DNA from: Candidatus Poribacteria bacterium
Lineage (GTDB): Bacteria; Poribacteria; WGA-4E; WGA-3G
DNA length: 64,000 bases
NCBI GenBank assembly: GCA_965205015.1
Contig: OZ242029.1
Location: 1,408,001 to 1,472,000, forward strand
Direction of reading: 5' to 3'
In this document: piece after piece, positions 28,423 through 38,587 of the stretch
How the letters are laid out: each line of letters starts with the position of its first letter
Numbering within the stretch: the first letter of the stretch is position 1
Notes under the pieces: model-generated
Seen by the model: the letters and a program-made list of their open reading frames with translations, nothing else
Database searches by the model: none
What the model was told of the DNA's origin: nothing
Translations under genes and position numbers: made by a program

Positions 28423-29863
28423 TAAAAAACTTCTCAAGCGTTTGTAACTTCGGCGGCTTCGTGAGCAGAGAAACAATTATCAGCGCGACAGACGAGACAC
28501 CGATCAGAACTGCAGCAGGCATAATCCCGACACCGCCGACACTATACCCCGGCGTCTGCCAGTTTCGGAGAAAGAAATAGAGCCATAACAGAATTACACT
28601 GATGATTGCGGCGAACACACCGTGTTTTGTGCTACGCTGCCAGAACAACGCCGCAACCACAATTGGAAAGAGCCCCGCAAATCCGGTGAACGACCAAACA
28701 GCCAGTCTAAAAATACTGGGTGTCGCGATGAGCGAGATAAGATAGGTAACGCAAAGCACGCCGCTCACAAATAGCCGTCCTACCCACACCCGCTGTCTGT
28801 CTGAAAACGCCTTCCGCCGATAATGTCCAACAATATCGTGTGTGAACATACTCCCGATGGCAAGGGATTGCGAATCCAATGATGACATGATCGCCGCGAA
28901 GACGCCTGCGCCTAAAAACCCAGCTAAAACGCCGGGGGCGTGTATATGAATCATCTGAATCAGCACATTGTTCGCCTGTGCGCCTTGTAAACCTGGAACA
29001 TCCACATTTCCGAGTATGCCGAGCAGCACACTCGGAATCCATACAACCGCAATACACAACGGATACAAAATAATCGCATACCGGAAGGTTCCGACATCTC
29101 TCGCCGTTAGGAAATGCGAAAAGATATGTGGAAACATGCCGACACAGAGCGGAACACAGAGATACGTCAAGAGTTCCAACGGCTTGATATGCTCCGCCTG
29201 CATTAATAAACCCGTGTCCACCTTAGCAATAGCATTTGAAAACCCGCCCATTCGATGCGTGATGACAAAAAAGGTGATGCCCCCGAGGGTCATGAAAACG
29301 AGCGTTTGGAATGTGTTCACCCACGCAGTGCCTCGCATGCCGCTGTAGGTAACATAACACAAAACGACTGCACATATGAGTAAGCCACCGAGCCATTGTG
29401 GAATTTGACCTTCTGTGAGTGTCGCCAATGTACCACCACCGCCCATCACACCGATCAGCAGATACGGGATCAGCAGCAATACAAACACAATAAAGAGGAG
29501 CAGCCCTAAACCATCGGACTCCCACCGATCGCGGAAGTACTGGACCTGTGTCACATAGCCAAACCGCTTTCCAAGCCGCCAGAGGCGGGTCCCAATAAAG
29601 AGGAACACACACGGAATGACTATCGCCGAGGAAGAAGCCATCAGTGCAAAAACACCGATACCCCTATGGTAGGCTTCACCCGACGCACCGAGGATCGAGA
29701 ACGCCGTCATGTTCGTGCCGAACAGCGTCATCAACAGGATAAACCAATTGATCGTCCGGCTTGCGACGAAGTAATCTTCTCCGGTATTTCGGAAAAGTTT
29801 ATGGCTCAAAGCACCGAGAACCAAGACCGCAGCAAGATAAATAAAAATGACCGCAAGGCTCAT
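28409..29863 (-). CDS. Sodium:solute symporter
   Basis: EDYFVASR, GMRGTAW, AAIMSSLDS; ~13 TM. Confidence 0.93.
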   Translation of the reverse strand: MSLAVIFIYLAAVLVLGALSHKLFRNTGEDYFVASRTINWFILLMTLFGTNMTAFSILGASGEAYHRGIGVFALMASSSAIVIPCVFLFIGTRLWRLGKRFGYVTQVQYFRDRWESDGLGLLLFIVFVLLLIPYLLIGVMGGGGTLATLTEGQIPQWLGGLLICAVVLCYVTYSGMRGTAWVNTFQTLVFMTLGGITFFVITHRMGGFSNAIAKVDTGLLMQAEHIKPLELLTYLCVPLCVGMFPHIFSHFLTARDVGTFRYAIILYPLCIAVVWIPSVLLGILGNVDVPGLQGAQANNVLIQMIHIHAPGVLAGFLGAGVFAAIMSSLDSQSLAIGSMFTHDIVGHYRRKAFSDRQRVWVGRLFVSGVLCVTYLISLIATPSIFRLAVWSFTGFAGLFPIVVAALFWQRSTKHGVFAAIISVILLWLYFFLRNWQTPGYSVGGVGIMPAAVLIGVSSVALIIVSLLTKPPKLQTLEKFFNEKI

Positions 29864-30078
29864 CGTTCACCCCAATCCCCTCGCGCTTTAACAAAAGCCG
29901 CCATCAGCAACGTTGCGACACCGCAATAGCCTATATGATAGAGCAACCCTACCGGCATTCCTAAAACCAGCTGCGGGGTTTGCCAGAACCAAAAATCGTT
30001 GTGAAGTAGGAACAAAAGCACGAGAAGCGCGTATAACACCCCTCTCATCGGACATTTCATGAAATACTCCCTTAGCAA
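29860..30078 (-). CDS. Small membrane subunit of SSS transporter (DUF3311-like)
   Basis: LHNDFWFW..P.LVLGMPVGL; overlaps SSS start. Confidence 0.8.
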   Translation of the reverse strand: MLREYFMKCPMRGVLYALLVLLFLLHNDFWFWQTPQLVLGMPVGLLYHIGYCGVATLLMAAFVKARGDWGER

Positions 30079-30150
30079 TTAGCGTAGGGGTTAGGTCACC
30101 CAACCCCTACAGAGGGTATTGTTAAACGAAAACCCTTTTGCTGACCGCCG

Positions 30151-32301
30151 CTATTCTTCTGACCGCTGACCGCCGACCGCTAACTGCTGACGGCTATTAA
30201 AATAGAAAATGGCAACACTCGCAAGCACTACAATCCCATGAATCCATACAAATTGTAGACCCGTCGGCGCAAAAAAGAGAACGAGTGCCGCAACAAACAG
30301 GATGCAGCGTGCCCATAACGACAATTTGTTAAAGATATAACCGGCGATAGCAGTTGCCAAGAGAACCGTCCCGATGAGCGTCAGCGAAAAATTTACGAAA
30401 ACCGTCCATACTCCTGGTGTCCCACCACTCTCACTGAGCCACAACAATGCGGGTCGCAAAACAAAGGCGTAAGGCAGCGCGAAACCGACGAGCGCGAACC
30501 GAAACGCCGCGAACCCTGTTGCCATGATCCCCGACCCCGCGATGGCAGCCGCAGCATACGCCGCCAATGCGACAGGTGGGGTCACCATCGACATCATCCC
30601 GAAATAGAAAATAAAAAAGTGCGCCGCCAGCGGAACAACTCCTAAATCCAGAAGCACGGGACCTACTAAGATCGCCATCAATAGATAACAGACCGATGAA
30701 GGCAACCCCATCCCGAGAATAATTGTTGAAATCATGAGGAAAAACAGTGCCAACATCAGGTTCGTAGACGCAAGCGGTAAGATCGCCGACGGTAACTTGC
30801 CACCGATGCCCGTCAGCGTTACCACGCCTAAGATGATACCGACACACGCCGCAGCCGCAATCAACGACACACCGCTCTGTGCTGCCCGTTCACAAGGGGA
30901 TGTTAGGAAGTTCACCCCTTTCAGCACATCCGACACACCAACACCCGTAGAAGCGATCTCCGAATCGCGAGGTCTTTCAGTTGTCGAATGCCATCCGCGG
31001 AGTCGGCGAACCAAGAAGTCCAACAAACTTATCGCAACGACTACCAGTAGACTCCAACTCACTGCGCGGAACGCCGTAGCCCCCATCAACAGAACCCCGA
31101 TGAGCGTCATAAACGCCGCAAGAAAGATCCCCCCTTGCAGTGTCAGAAGTTTTCCGTGTTTCTCTTCCTGTGTGGGAGGGGTTTCCAACCTCGAATCCCC
31201 CTCTTCAGAACTGTGAACGGAACCCCCCGGTGTCCGTCTACTACGCCTCGCCACAAAGTGCACCATACAGAGCATTCCGGTGTAGTATAGAACTGCTGGA
31301 AGCAGTGCCGCCTTGATAATCTCCAGATACGTAACGGCAGGCTCTACGATCTCCAGCATCATATACGCCGCTGCGCCCATAATCGGCGGAACCAACGCCC
31401 CACCAGAACTCGCTGCGGCTTCAATTCCCCCCGCTATCGCTGGCTGAAACCCGGCGCGTTGCATCAACGGAATCGTGAACGTTCCAGTCGTTGCTGTATT
31501 TGCCACGGCGGAACCCGACAACGATCCCATCATGCCGCTACTCAGGACGGCGACCTTCGCAGGTGCTCCCGCACTCGAACCGAACACACGCCTCGCCAAA
31601 TCCAAGACATAATTCGTCGCGCCTGTCCGCTCCAACAACGTCCCGAACAACACAAACAGAAAAACATAGGTGAACATCACCCGAAGTGCGATGCCAAATG
31701 CGCCTTGACTGTGTAAAAACGTCTGACTCACGATGCGTTGAACGGAATAGCCGCGATGCGGGAACAACCCATCCGGCATAAACTGTCCAAAACCGGCATA
31801 GAGCAGAAATGCGAGAGAGAGCAGCGGAAGCGTCACACCAATAGAACGGCGGGTCGCTTCTAAGATTAAGAGAAGTCCGAGCCCGCCGATGATGTAATCC
31901 AGCGGCAATTCCGCACCCGCCCGGTCTCCGAGGGACTTACCGTCTAACCAGAACGTCTGAAAAACCGGTTCCGTCTGAACAAAAACATAACCGAAACAAA
32001 GAATCACACTGCCGATTAGCAACACATCCAAAAGTTGGAAAGCAGGATTGCGCGCAAAACGGGGATGCATAGGGTATCTCAGAAATACCACTATTAAGCC
32101 CAGCATCGCGAAGAGTGCTAACTCCGACTGCGGTGTCAGTTGCGGGTAGTTGACCTCGGCTAAGATAAAGAGGCACAGCAGCACCGAAACTGTAAGAAAG
32201 ATGTAGTTTTTTGAGTGTTGTTTCAATGCAGTGAGCGAAATCTGCGTGGATTTTGTAGCGTAGACTTGCTTCGCAGTGAGAATCTGCGCTTTTAAAGGCA
32301 C
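30151..32301 (-). CDS. TRAP transporter fused 4TM/12TM permease (start may be ~75 nt downstream)
   Basis: GSAVANTATTG, EAAASSGG, PPIMGAAA, TPPVALAA. Confidence 0.93.
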   Translation of the reverse strand: MPLKAQILTAKQVYATKSTQISLTALKQHSKNYIFLTVSVLLCLFILAEVNYPQLTPQSELALFAMLGLIVVFLRYPMHPRFARNPAFQLLDVLLIGSVILCFGYVFVQTEPVFQTFWLDGKSLGDRAGAELPLDYIIGGLGLLLILEATRRSIGVTLPLLSLAFLLYAGFGQFMPDGLFPHRGYSVQRIVSQTFLHSQGAFGIALRVMFTYVFLFVLFGTLLERTGATNYVLDLARRVFGSSAGAPAKVAVLSSGMMGSLSGSAVANTATTGTFTIPLMQRAGFQPAIAGGIEAAASSGGALVPPIMGAAAYMMLEIVEPAVTYLEIIKAALLPAVLYYTGMLCMVHFVARRSRRTPGGSVHSSEEGDSRLETPPTQEEKHGKLLTLQGGIFLAAFMTLIGVLLMGATAFRAVSWSLLVVVAISLLDFLVRRLRGWHSTTERPRDSEIASTGVGVSDVLKGVNFLTSPCERAAQSGVSLIAAAACVGIILGVVTLTGIGGKLPSAILPLASTNLMLALFFLMISTIILGMGLPSSVCYLLMAILVGPVLLDLGVVPLAAHFFIFYFGMMSMVTPPVALAAYAAAAIAGSGIMATGFAAFRFALVGFALPYAFVLRPALLWLSESGGTPGVWTVFVNFSLTLIGTVLLATAIAGYIFNKLSLWARCILFVAALVLFFAPTGLQFVWIHGIVVLASVAIFYFNSRQQLAVGGQRSEE

Positions 32302-32660
32302 AACCTAACAGGTTATGCTACAAAGATGGTAACTCGCATTACACAGGCAAATGACGAAACATCTTATAATTGCTTTAAGTTTAACAGGAAACGAGACAGA
32401 AGTCAAGGAAAAGGGATAGCACAAGCCATATACTTTGAAACATCTCTGGCTTTCAAATTTTGATTAATTCGCTGCTTTCAAATCCGCCCACTTACCAAGC
32501 GACTTGCCAGCAGCCGATAGATGCCCGCGCAGCCGCACGGTCGCCACCTCTCGACGCGCCCCGGATAGCGAGACCTCTCCGAGTCGATAATAATACGGCA
32601 CATTCGATTGCGCCGTTGTGTCCGTATACCAGTGATGCTTATTTGGGGGTAGGAATGTTA

Positions 32661-33878
32661 TTAGAAAACCTCCAATGTCCCGTCTCTTACAACCAGAACA
32701 ACGGGATCATAAATCGGATCGCCGTTGGGATCAAAGGAGAACTTCCCTAAAATCGTGTCAAGATCCTTGATATTCGCCAAAGCCTCTCGGATCGCAGAAG
32801 TATCCGTGGATTCAGCCTGAGTGATCGCTGCATTGAGAATATAAAGGGTTGCATACATAAATGCCGCGTATTTGTTGGGGTCCATACCATATTTGGCATT
32901 GTAATTCTCCACAAACGCTTGGTTTCCAGGGGTATCAACAGTAGCACCCCATTCTACAAAAATCATCGCGCCTTCAGCAGCAGCACCGGCGGCTTGTATA
33001 TCTGTTCCGGTGAATGTGCGCATGATAAAGGGCACAGATATGCCGAGTTGATGCCCTTGGGTGAGTATCCCATGATTTTCTGGCGGTAAAGATGAAACAA
33101 AAATGACATCAGGATCCAATGCCTGTATACGGGTTAACTGTTCAGAAAAATCGGTATCACCGCTTTGGAAGGTTTCAGTGGCTATCACTTCAACCCCGTT
33201 ATGCGCGAGTGCTTCCCGAACTGCTATGTCCGCATCGGTGCTGAAAAGATCTACCGCATCATACAGTGTAGCGGCGCGTTGATAGCCAAGTTTTGCATGT
33301 GTTGTTTCAATACTGCTTGGCGTAAGCACATCTGTTGAAAGGGTAACACGGAAGACAAAATCACTCAGGGCACTGAGACCCCGGGCAGCGGATACAGGAC
33401 TTATTGCCACCACCTGATGCTCTTCTGCGATCGGAAACGCGACTTTCGCTTGAGCTGAATTCACGGGGCCGAGGATGACAGATACACCGTCTTGGTGAAT
33501 CAGCTTATTGAAGGCTTCAACGCCGCCTTCTATCGTGCTTTGGTCGTCTTCAATGGTGAATTTGAGGTGTGTACCCCTCGGTGCTGCAGCATTAATCTCA
33601 TCGAGTGCCAACTGAAAGCCTCTCGATAATGGGATGCCCATTTGATTGCTAAACCGACCTGTCAAGGGTAAGACGATACCGATGGAAATATCTTCGCTGG
33701 TTTCCATCATCTGAGGTGTGGTAGGTTGGATAATCTCGGAAACTCGGTCACAGGCGACCATGCTCAAAACCAAAACAGCCATAACGAACATAAACACGCC
33801 CGTCGTCGCAACAAAGGTATCTGCCCCGATGGTCAGCGGTGTTGAGAAACCTCGGATAGATGAAAAATTAACTCTCAA
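32661..33878 (-). CDS. ABC transporter substrate-binding lipoprotein (LivJ-like)
   Basis: Lipobox MVAC; IGIVLPLTG, GDTDFSEQLT. Confidence 0.9.
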   Translation of the reverse strand: MRVNFSSIRGFSTPLTIGADTFVATTGVFMFVMAVLVLSMVACDRVSEIIQPTTPQMMETSEDISIGIVLPLTGRFSNQMGIPLSRGFQLALDEINAAAPRGTHLKFTIEDDQSTIEGGVEAFNKLIHQDGVSVILGPVNSAQAKVAFPIAEEHQVVAISPVSAARGLSALSDFVFRVTLSTDVLTPSSIETTHAKLGYQRAATLYDAVDLFSTDADIAVREALAHNGVEVIATETFQSGDTDFSEQLTRIQALDPDVIFVSSLPPENHGILTQGHQLGISVPFIMRTFTGTDIQAAGAAAEGAMIFVEWGATVDTPGNQAFVENYNAKYGMDPNKYAAFMYATLYILNAAITQAESTDTSAIREALANIKDLDTILGKFSFDPNGDPIYDPVVLVVRDGTLEVF

Positions 33879-34204
33879 TGGTTTGTACTCCCTCCTCTAT
33901 AACATAGTCTTTAGCATTGCCGGCTATTTCAAACTTTATAGTAACGTCGAAAAATAAGTTGACTTCTGTAGCATAAACTGTATGAAGATTAATTTTTTAA
34001 TTCGGTAATATGCGGGCAGGCACAAGACCTGCCCCTACAGTCGTTTTTTGGGGTAGAATTACCGAAATATTTATTTAAACTTCATTTAGTTTGTGCACCT
34101 TTCGCACGCAGACGAACAGTCTACGCTACAATAGAAATGTTCACATAATTATGGACTTTACTATAAAACATTATTAATGCGTGAAACAAGCGGCACCGCT
34201 GATA

Positions 34205-36889
34205 CTATTTTCTTATCAACATCTTGCGCGTCGCGGTAAAGTCGCCTGTGGTGAGGGTGTAGAAATACAAACCACTCGCCACGGGTTCACCCACAGCGTT
34301 TCTGCCATCCCAATACGCAGCACGCTCCCGACTGTTATAGAAGCCTGCGGATTGATAACCGAGGGAAAGTGTGCGGATCAACCTACCGGTTGTATCATAA
34401 ATAGAGACAGAGACTGGACTGTCTTCGGAGAGTTGATACGGAATCCACGTTTCCGGGTTAAACGGGTTCGGGTAGTTCTGCAACAGGAGATTCTGCTCCG
34501 GTCTACCAATACCATCAAGTCTGACAGACAAAACGGCGTTCGCTAAATGCTCAGGGGTCACTTTGAAAGTGAGGGTCTGAGATTCAACATTTCCAGATGG
34601 ACCGATGACACGTAGCTCAACCCTGTCTCCAACTTCAACGACGCTGCGTCGCGTTAAGTCGGCAGTCGCAGCAGCGAAATAATCCCCTTGGACGGAGGCG
34701 GCTATCTCGCTATTTGTTCTCAGGTTACGGACGATGACCTTGTAGCCGTCAAACGTTGGTTTACCTTTCAAATGCCCACTGACGACGAATGCCCATGCTT
34801 CTTGGGGGGTCTGCGTGGAGAGAGCAGGTGCGGCAGCAGCTTCCGTCGTTTCGGTGGGATCCGTCCACGGTGCGCCGACGAATGCGAAGTTTCGGATTTC
34901 AGGGACATTGACGATATAGCCGTGTCCACCTTCAATGGAGAAACCGTCATTGGGGGCATCTGGTGTCCATGCCACGAATTTTTGGTTTGGCGCGTCAAAC
35001 ATGATGAGAGTTGTCGCCCCTGCCATGGCGACAAGTGCCTTGGCAGTCATCGGTGTTGCGGGTGCCAGAGGCACAGACAGCATGTTCAACCCTTTAGAGA
35101 GCGTGACGGTGTAGACGTTGCTGTAACTTCCCGCTTCCACTTGTGAGGCAGGTCTTGCGATAAACCCGTGTCTGCGTCCATCGGGGGAGTCATAGTGCCC
35201 GACGACAGAGCCGTCCTGATTGATATTCCAGCCCTCCGTGCTAACGCTCCCCGGAAACCGCAACTCACGTAGGTTGACGGGGTTGCCGATATAAGTGCGC
35301 GGGACATCACCCGCCTCTTTCGCGCGGCCAATGACACTTCTTGATTCGTTGAAGCCGTGGAGAAAAAAGTATTCCAGATTTAGGGCGGATGGAAGGTCGA
35401 TATATAAAAACCTACCCGTCCGACCCCGTACGTATGCGTGATAGGTGCCCGCCGCATCGGTGTAGCTGCCCACGATATTGCCTGCCCAACTCACAAAATC
35501 GGCATACGTTGCCGATGCGCCAGGGACCTCAATGATTGTATCGCCTGAGAACCCACGGCGAACGCCGGACGCATCTGTAAAATTACCCGTCAGTCTCCCT
35601 GTCGCATCACTGTAACCGTATATCTCCGTTTCAACAGCACCCGGAAAATCGTATGGGTGCAACTTACCCTCTTCCAAGACGACACCGTGGTAGAGACCGT
35701 CGCTATCTTGGTAGTGTCCCGCGGCGACCCCATTATTACCGAGGGCAAAGAAATAAGTGCCTTGCGAGCCAGGGTAATCGTAGGTTGTAAAAACGCCATC
35801 AATCAACGTAAAGCCGACCATTTTTTGACCATCGGCACTCCGAGTGTTCCCGGCGTAATCCTCAAAGTCACTACTTGCAGTTATCTCTAAAAAGTCTACA
35901 CCCGGCACATCAATTGTCTCGAATGTAAAGCCGGCGAGTGTGCCAGATCGTCTGCTGACGCTTGGAGCAGTGCTCTCTACCGGTTTTGCAATGAACCCGT
36001 GTCTGCGTCCATCGGGGGAGTCGTAGTGCCCGACGACGGAGCCGTCCTGATTGATGTTCCACCCCTCTGTGACAACGCTATCCGGAACCCGTAATTCTTG
36101 TAGGTTGAGGACGTTGCCCACATAAGTGCGCGGGACACCCCCTACCGGTTTGGCGCGCCCAACAGCAATCACTCTATCGTTGATACTGTGGAGAAAAAAA
36201 TAGTCCAACACTCCTTGTAGTGGAAGGTTGATCGTTGCAAAACTCCCCTTCTCACCCCGGACGTATGCATGATAGGTGCCTGCAGCATCCACGTAACTTC
36301 CCACGATATTGCTGAACCCACTCACAAAATCGGCGTAAGTTGCCGATGCGCCGGGATACGCAACGATTGTGTCGCCTGAGAAACCGCGCCGAACACCAGA
36401 AACATCTATAAAATTACCCGTCAGTCTCCCAGTGGCATCACTATAACCGAAGATTTGGGTTTCAACAGCACCCGGAAAATCGTATTGCCGCATTTCGCCG
36501 TTTTCCAAGATAACGCCATGATACAGACCGTTGCTATCTTGATAGTGGCCCGCAGCTTGACCATTATTGCCGAGTGCATAGAAATAGGTGTTCTGTGCGT
36601 CCGGGAACTCATAGGTCGTAAAAACGCCATCAATCAGCGTAAAGCCGATTTCTTTTTCACCATCGGCACTTTTCGTGTAGCCTGCGTAGTCCTCGAAGTC
36701 ACTACTTGCCGTCACCGCTAAGAAGTCTACACCGGGAACGTCGATCGTCTCAAAGGTATAGTTGGCATTGGCGGGTGCGACAACGGGTTCGGTGTTGTCT
36801 TGTGCTGCAGTATCCGTTACGAAAAAGGAAACGAGGCATAAGAATAACGTAAATATGGAAAACAAACCTGTTTTCATCTGAGTATACAT
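34205..36889 (-). CDS. Secreted protein with two tandem ~270-aa repeat domains and FlgD-Ig/T9SS-like C-terminal domain
   Basis: FETIDVPGVDFL...HGFIA twice; LLQNYPNPFNPETWIPYQL...TRKMLIRK. Confidence 0.9.
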   Translation of the reverse strand: MYTQMKTGLFSIFTLFLCLVSFFVTDTAAQDNTEPVVAPANANYTFETIDVPGVDFLAVTASSDFEDYAGYTKSADGEKEIGFTLIDGVFTTYEFPDAQNTYFYALGNNGQAAGHYQDSNGLYHGVILENGEMRQYDFPGAVETQIFGYSDATGRLTGNFIDVSGVRRGFSGDTIVAYPGASATYADFVSGFSNIVGSYVDAAGTYHAYVRGEKGSFATINLPLQGVLDYFFLHSINDRVIAVGRAKPVGGVPRTYVGNVLNLQELRVPDSVVTEGWNINQDGSVVGHYDSPDGRRHGFIAKPVESTAPSVSRRSGTLAGFTFETIDVPGVDFLEITASSDFEDYAGNTRSADGQKMVGFTLIDGVFTTYDYPGSQGTYFFALGNNGVAAGHYQDSDGLYHGVVLEEGKLHPYDFPGAVETEIYGYSDATGRLTGNFTDASGVRRGFSGDTIIEVPGASATYADFVSWAGNIVGSYTDAAGTYHAYVRGRTGRFLYIDLPSALNLEYFFLHGFNESRSVIGRAKEAGDVPRTYIGNPVNLRELRFPGSVSTEGWNINQDGSVVGHYDSPDGRRHGFIARPASQVEAGSYSNVYTVTLSKGLNMLSVPLAPATPMTAKALVAMAGATTLIMFDAPNQKFVAWTPDAPNDGFSIEGGHGYIVNVPEIRNFAFVGAPWTDPTETTEAAAAPALSTQTPQEAWAFVVSGHLKGKPTFDGYKVIVRNLRTNSEIAASVQGDYFAAATADLTRRSVVEVGDRVELRVIGPSGNVESQTLTFKVTPEHLANAVLSVRLDGIGRPEQNLLLQNYPNPFNPETWIPYQLSEDSPVSVSIYDTTGRLIRTLSLGYQSAGFYNSRERAAYWDGRNAVGEPVASGLYFYTLTTGDFTATRKMLIRK

Positions 36890-36901
36890 AGTAAAAATCT
36901 C

Positions 36902-37717
36902 TTAGTTGTCGATGTAATCCGAACGGAGTTGAAACCTATGCAGGACCTGGTTCCATTTACCTGCGGATCTCTCAAGGTGCGCTGCATCCGCCTGTATCAC
37001 TTCTTCTAAGGCGTAGTAAGCCGCGGCATCTTCCTGAGTGGCAAACGCAAATTCAACGAGTCGGTGTGGAGATTCACCGTAATAGTTGTCGTAAGAGGCA
37101 CTCGCCTTGAGTTGCATTGGGGCAAATGCCTCTATAGGCAGATCCCTGAGACTCTCCAGATATGCTTGTTTTCCACCGGGACTGTAGTCAATCAGATAAA
37201 CGTGTTTTATCTGCCAATCGCCTTCTTCTTTTGCGTGGCTATAGTCAACATCCTCGATAAATGTGTATGTGACCATTTTGCTTGCGACATCCGGGAAGCC
37301 TGCGAAAATCTCGGCGATCTCTGGGCGGTTGAGATAGGTCGCTGCATCGAGAAAACTCTTAAAATCAAACGCAACCATCCGATGTGGACGCATTTCAGGG
37401 TCTTGATTGTCGTAAGACCTGACCCTCACAAGTTCTTCGGGGGCTTGCAGCGTCTCCACAATGGTGGCGACCCCCTCAATATAAGTCTCCTTGCCGCCCT
37501 CTGGGTAGTCGATGAACAAGACCACCCGGACGGGATTGGATTGCATACCCGTCACGGTAGTGTCCGTGCCGGAGTCCGATGGCACCCCATCTATTACCAT
37601 CCTTTGTGCTTTTTCACACCCCGCCAGTGCGACGAGTGCGATGAGAAGTATCAAAGATAAATGGGGACATCTCAAATTCACGATTTTGTCTCCTTTGTAA
37701 AAAAGTAAATTGCCCAA
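36902..37717 (-). CDS. Lipoprotein with two repeated alpha/beta-barrel-like domains
   Basis: Lipobox LAGC; IDY..GGK..Y...SYDN...PHR.V.F twice. Confidence 0.75.
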   Translation of the reverse strand: MGNLLFYKGDKIVNLRCPHLSLILLIALVALAGCEKAQRMVIDGVPSDSGTDTTVTGMQSNPVRVVLFIDYPEGGKETYIEGVATIVETLQAPEELVRVRSYDNQDPEMRPHRMVAFDFKSFLDAATYLNRPEIAEIFAGFPDVASKMVTYTFIEDVDYSHAKEEGDWQIKHVYLIDYSPGGKQAYLESLRDLPIEAFAPMQLKASASYDNYYGESPHRLVEFAFATQEDAAAYYALEEVIQADAAHLERSAGKWNQVLHRFQLRSDYIDN

Positions 37718-37796
37718 ACCTTCGGACGGGAACGATCATTGGGAATCTCATAAACATCGGTTTCCTTCGGGCTATTATAAGGTCCTATGTGGACAT

Positions 37797-38255
37797 CTAC
37801 ATGCCGCTGTGTGCTGGCTTTCTTAGCAAATGCTCAGGTGGCAATTCTCCTGTCAAAGTCTTCAAAAATTCGACCAAATCGTTTTTTTCTTGTTCACTCA
37901 GATTGAGAGGCGCTCTCAGCACCCCCGCCATACCCGGAAACGCAGTTGTGTAGCCACCCGCATCTTTAAATTCAATCACGGACATGAGCGTCGGAAATTC
38001 ACCGGTGTGGAAATAAGGTGCCGTCACGGCAGGCAACGGCGATAATTCTGTTATAAGTACCCATTCGTCTATGCTGAAAAAGTCTGGTCCCTGTTCAAGG
38101 CTTTCGATTTCGGACAAAACATCATCAATAGGGGGCTCATCACATCCCATATAGAGTAGAGCACTACTAAAAAGAAAAATAACAAAAACCAATGAAAATC
38201 TTTTAAAATCAAATCGCATATTTGCGCGCCTCGGATTGTCGAATTTATGCTTCAA
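37797..38255 (-). pseudogene. Internally deleted cytochrome c peroxidase/MauG-like lipoprotein
   Basis: Lipobox YMGC then TAPYFHTG, LNLSEQEKNDLVEFLKTLTG; no CxxCH. Confidence 0.6.
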
Positions 38256-38529
38256 TAGAGCGTCCGTGCTTATTCGCCCGGATATATCCCGATAGAAGCG
38301 CTTTCAAGCGTTCAGGTGTCCCTGGAAACGAGATGCTCATCGAGTCGGGTACCTCGACACCACACGTTACGATTATCGACTCACCCGTGATGAACTTAAC
38401 AATACAGACCCTTGAACCGACGCGTTTGATACCACTGACGCGGCTCGGATCTATGCTCTTGCTACCGAGCCGCATTTTCGGGATGCTCTGAGGGTTTCCG
38501 GTGTCCATTAAAATATCCTCCGATCTCAT
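38245..38529 (-). CDS. Hypothetical protein
   Basis: 94-aa ORF overlapping next gene. Confidence 0.55.
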   Translation of the reverse strand: MRSEDILMDTGNPQSIPKMRLGSKSIDPSRVSGIKRVGSRVCIVKFITGESIIVTCGVEVPDSMSISFPGTPERLKALLSGYIRANKHGRSIEA

Positions 38530-38587
38530 AGGTTGTTTTCGAGTTGACCACCACAGCTTTTAGATTTCCGCACATTTACCGAAAACC

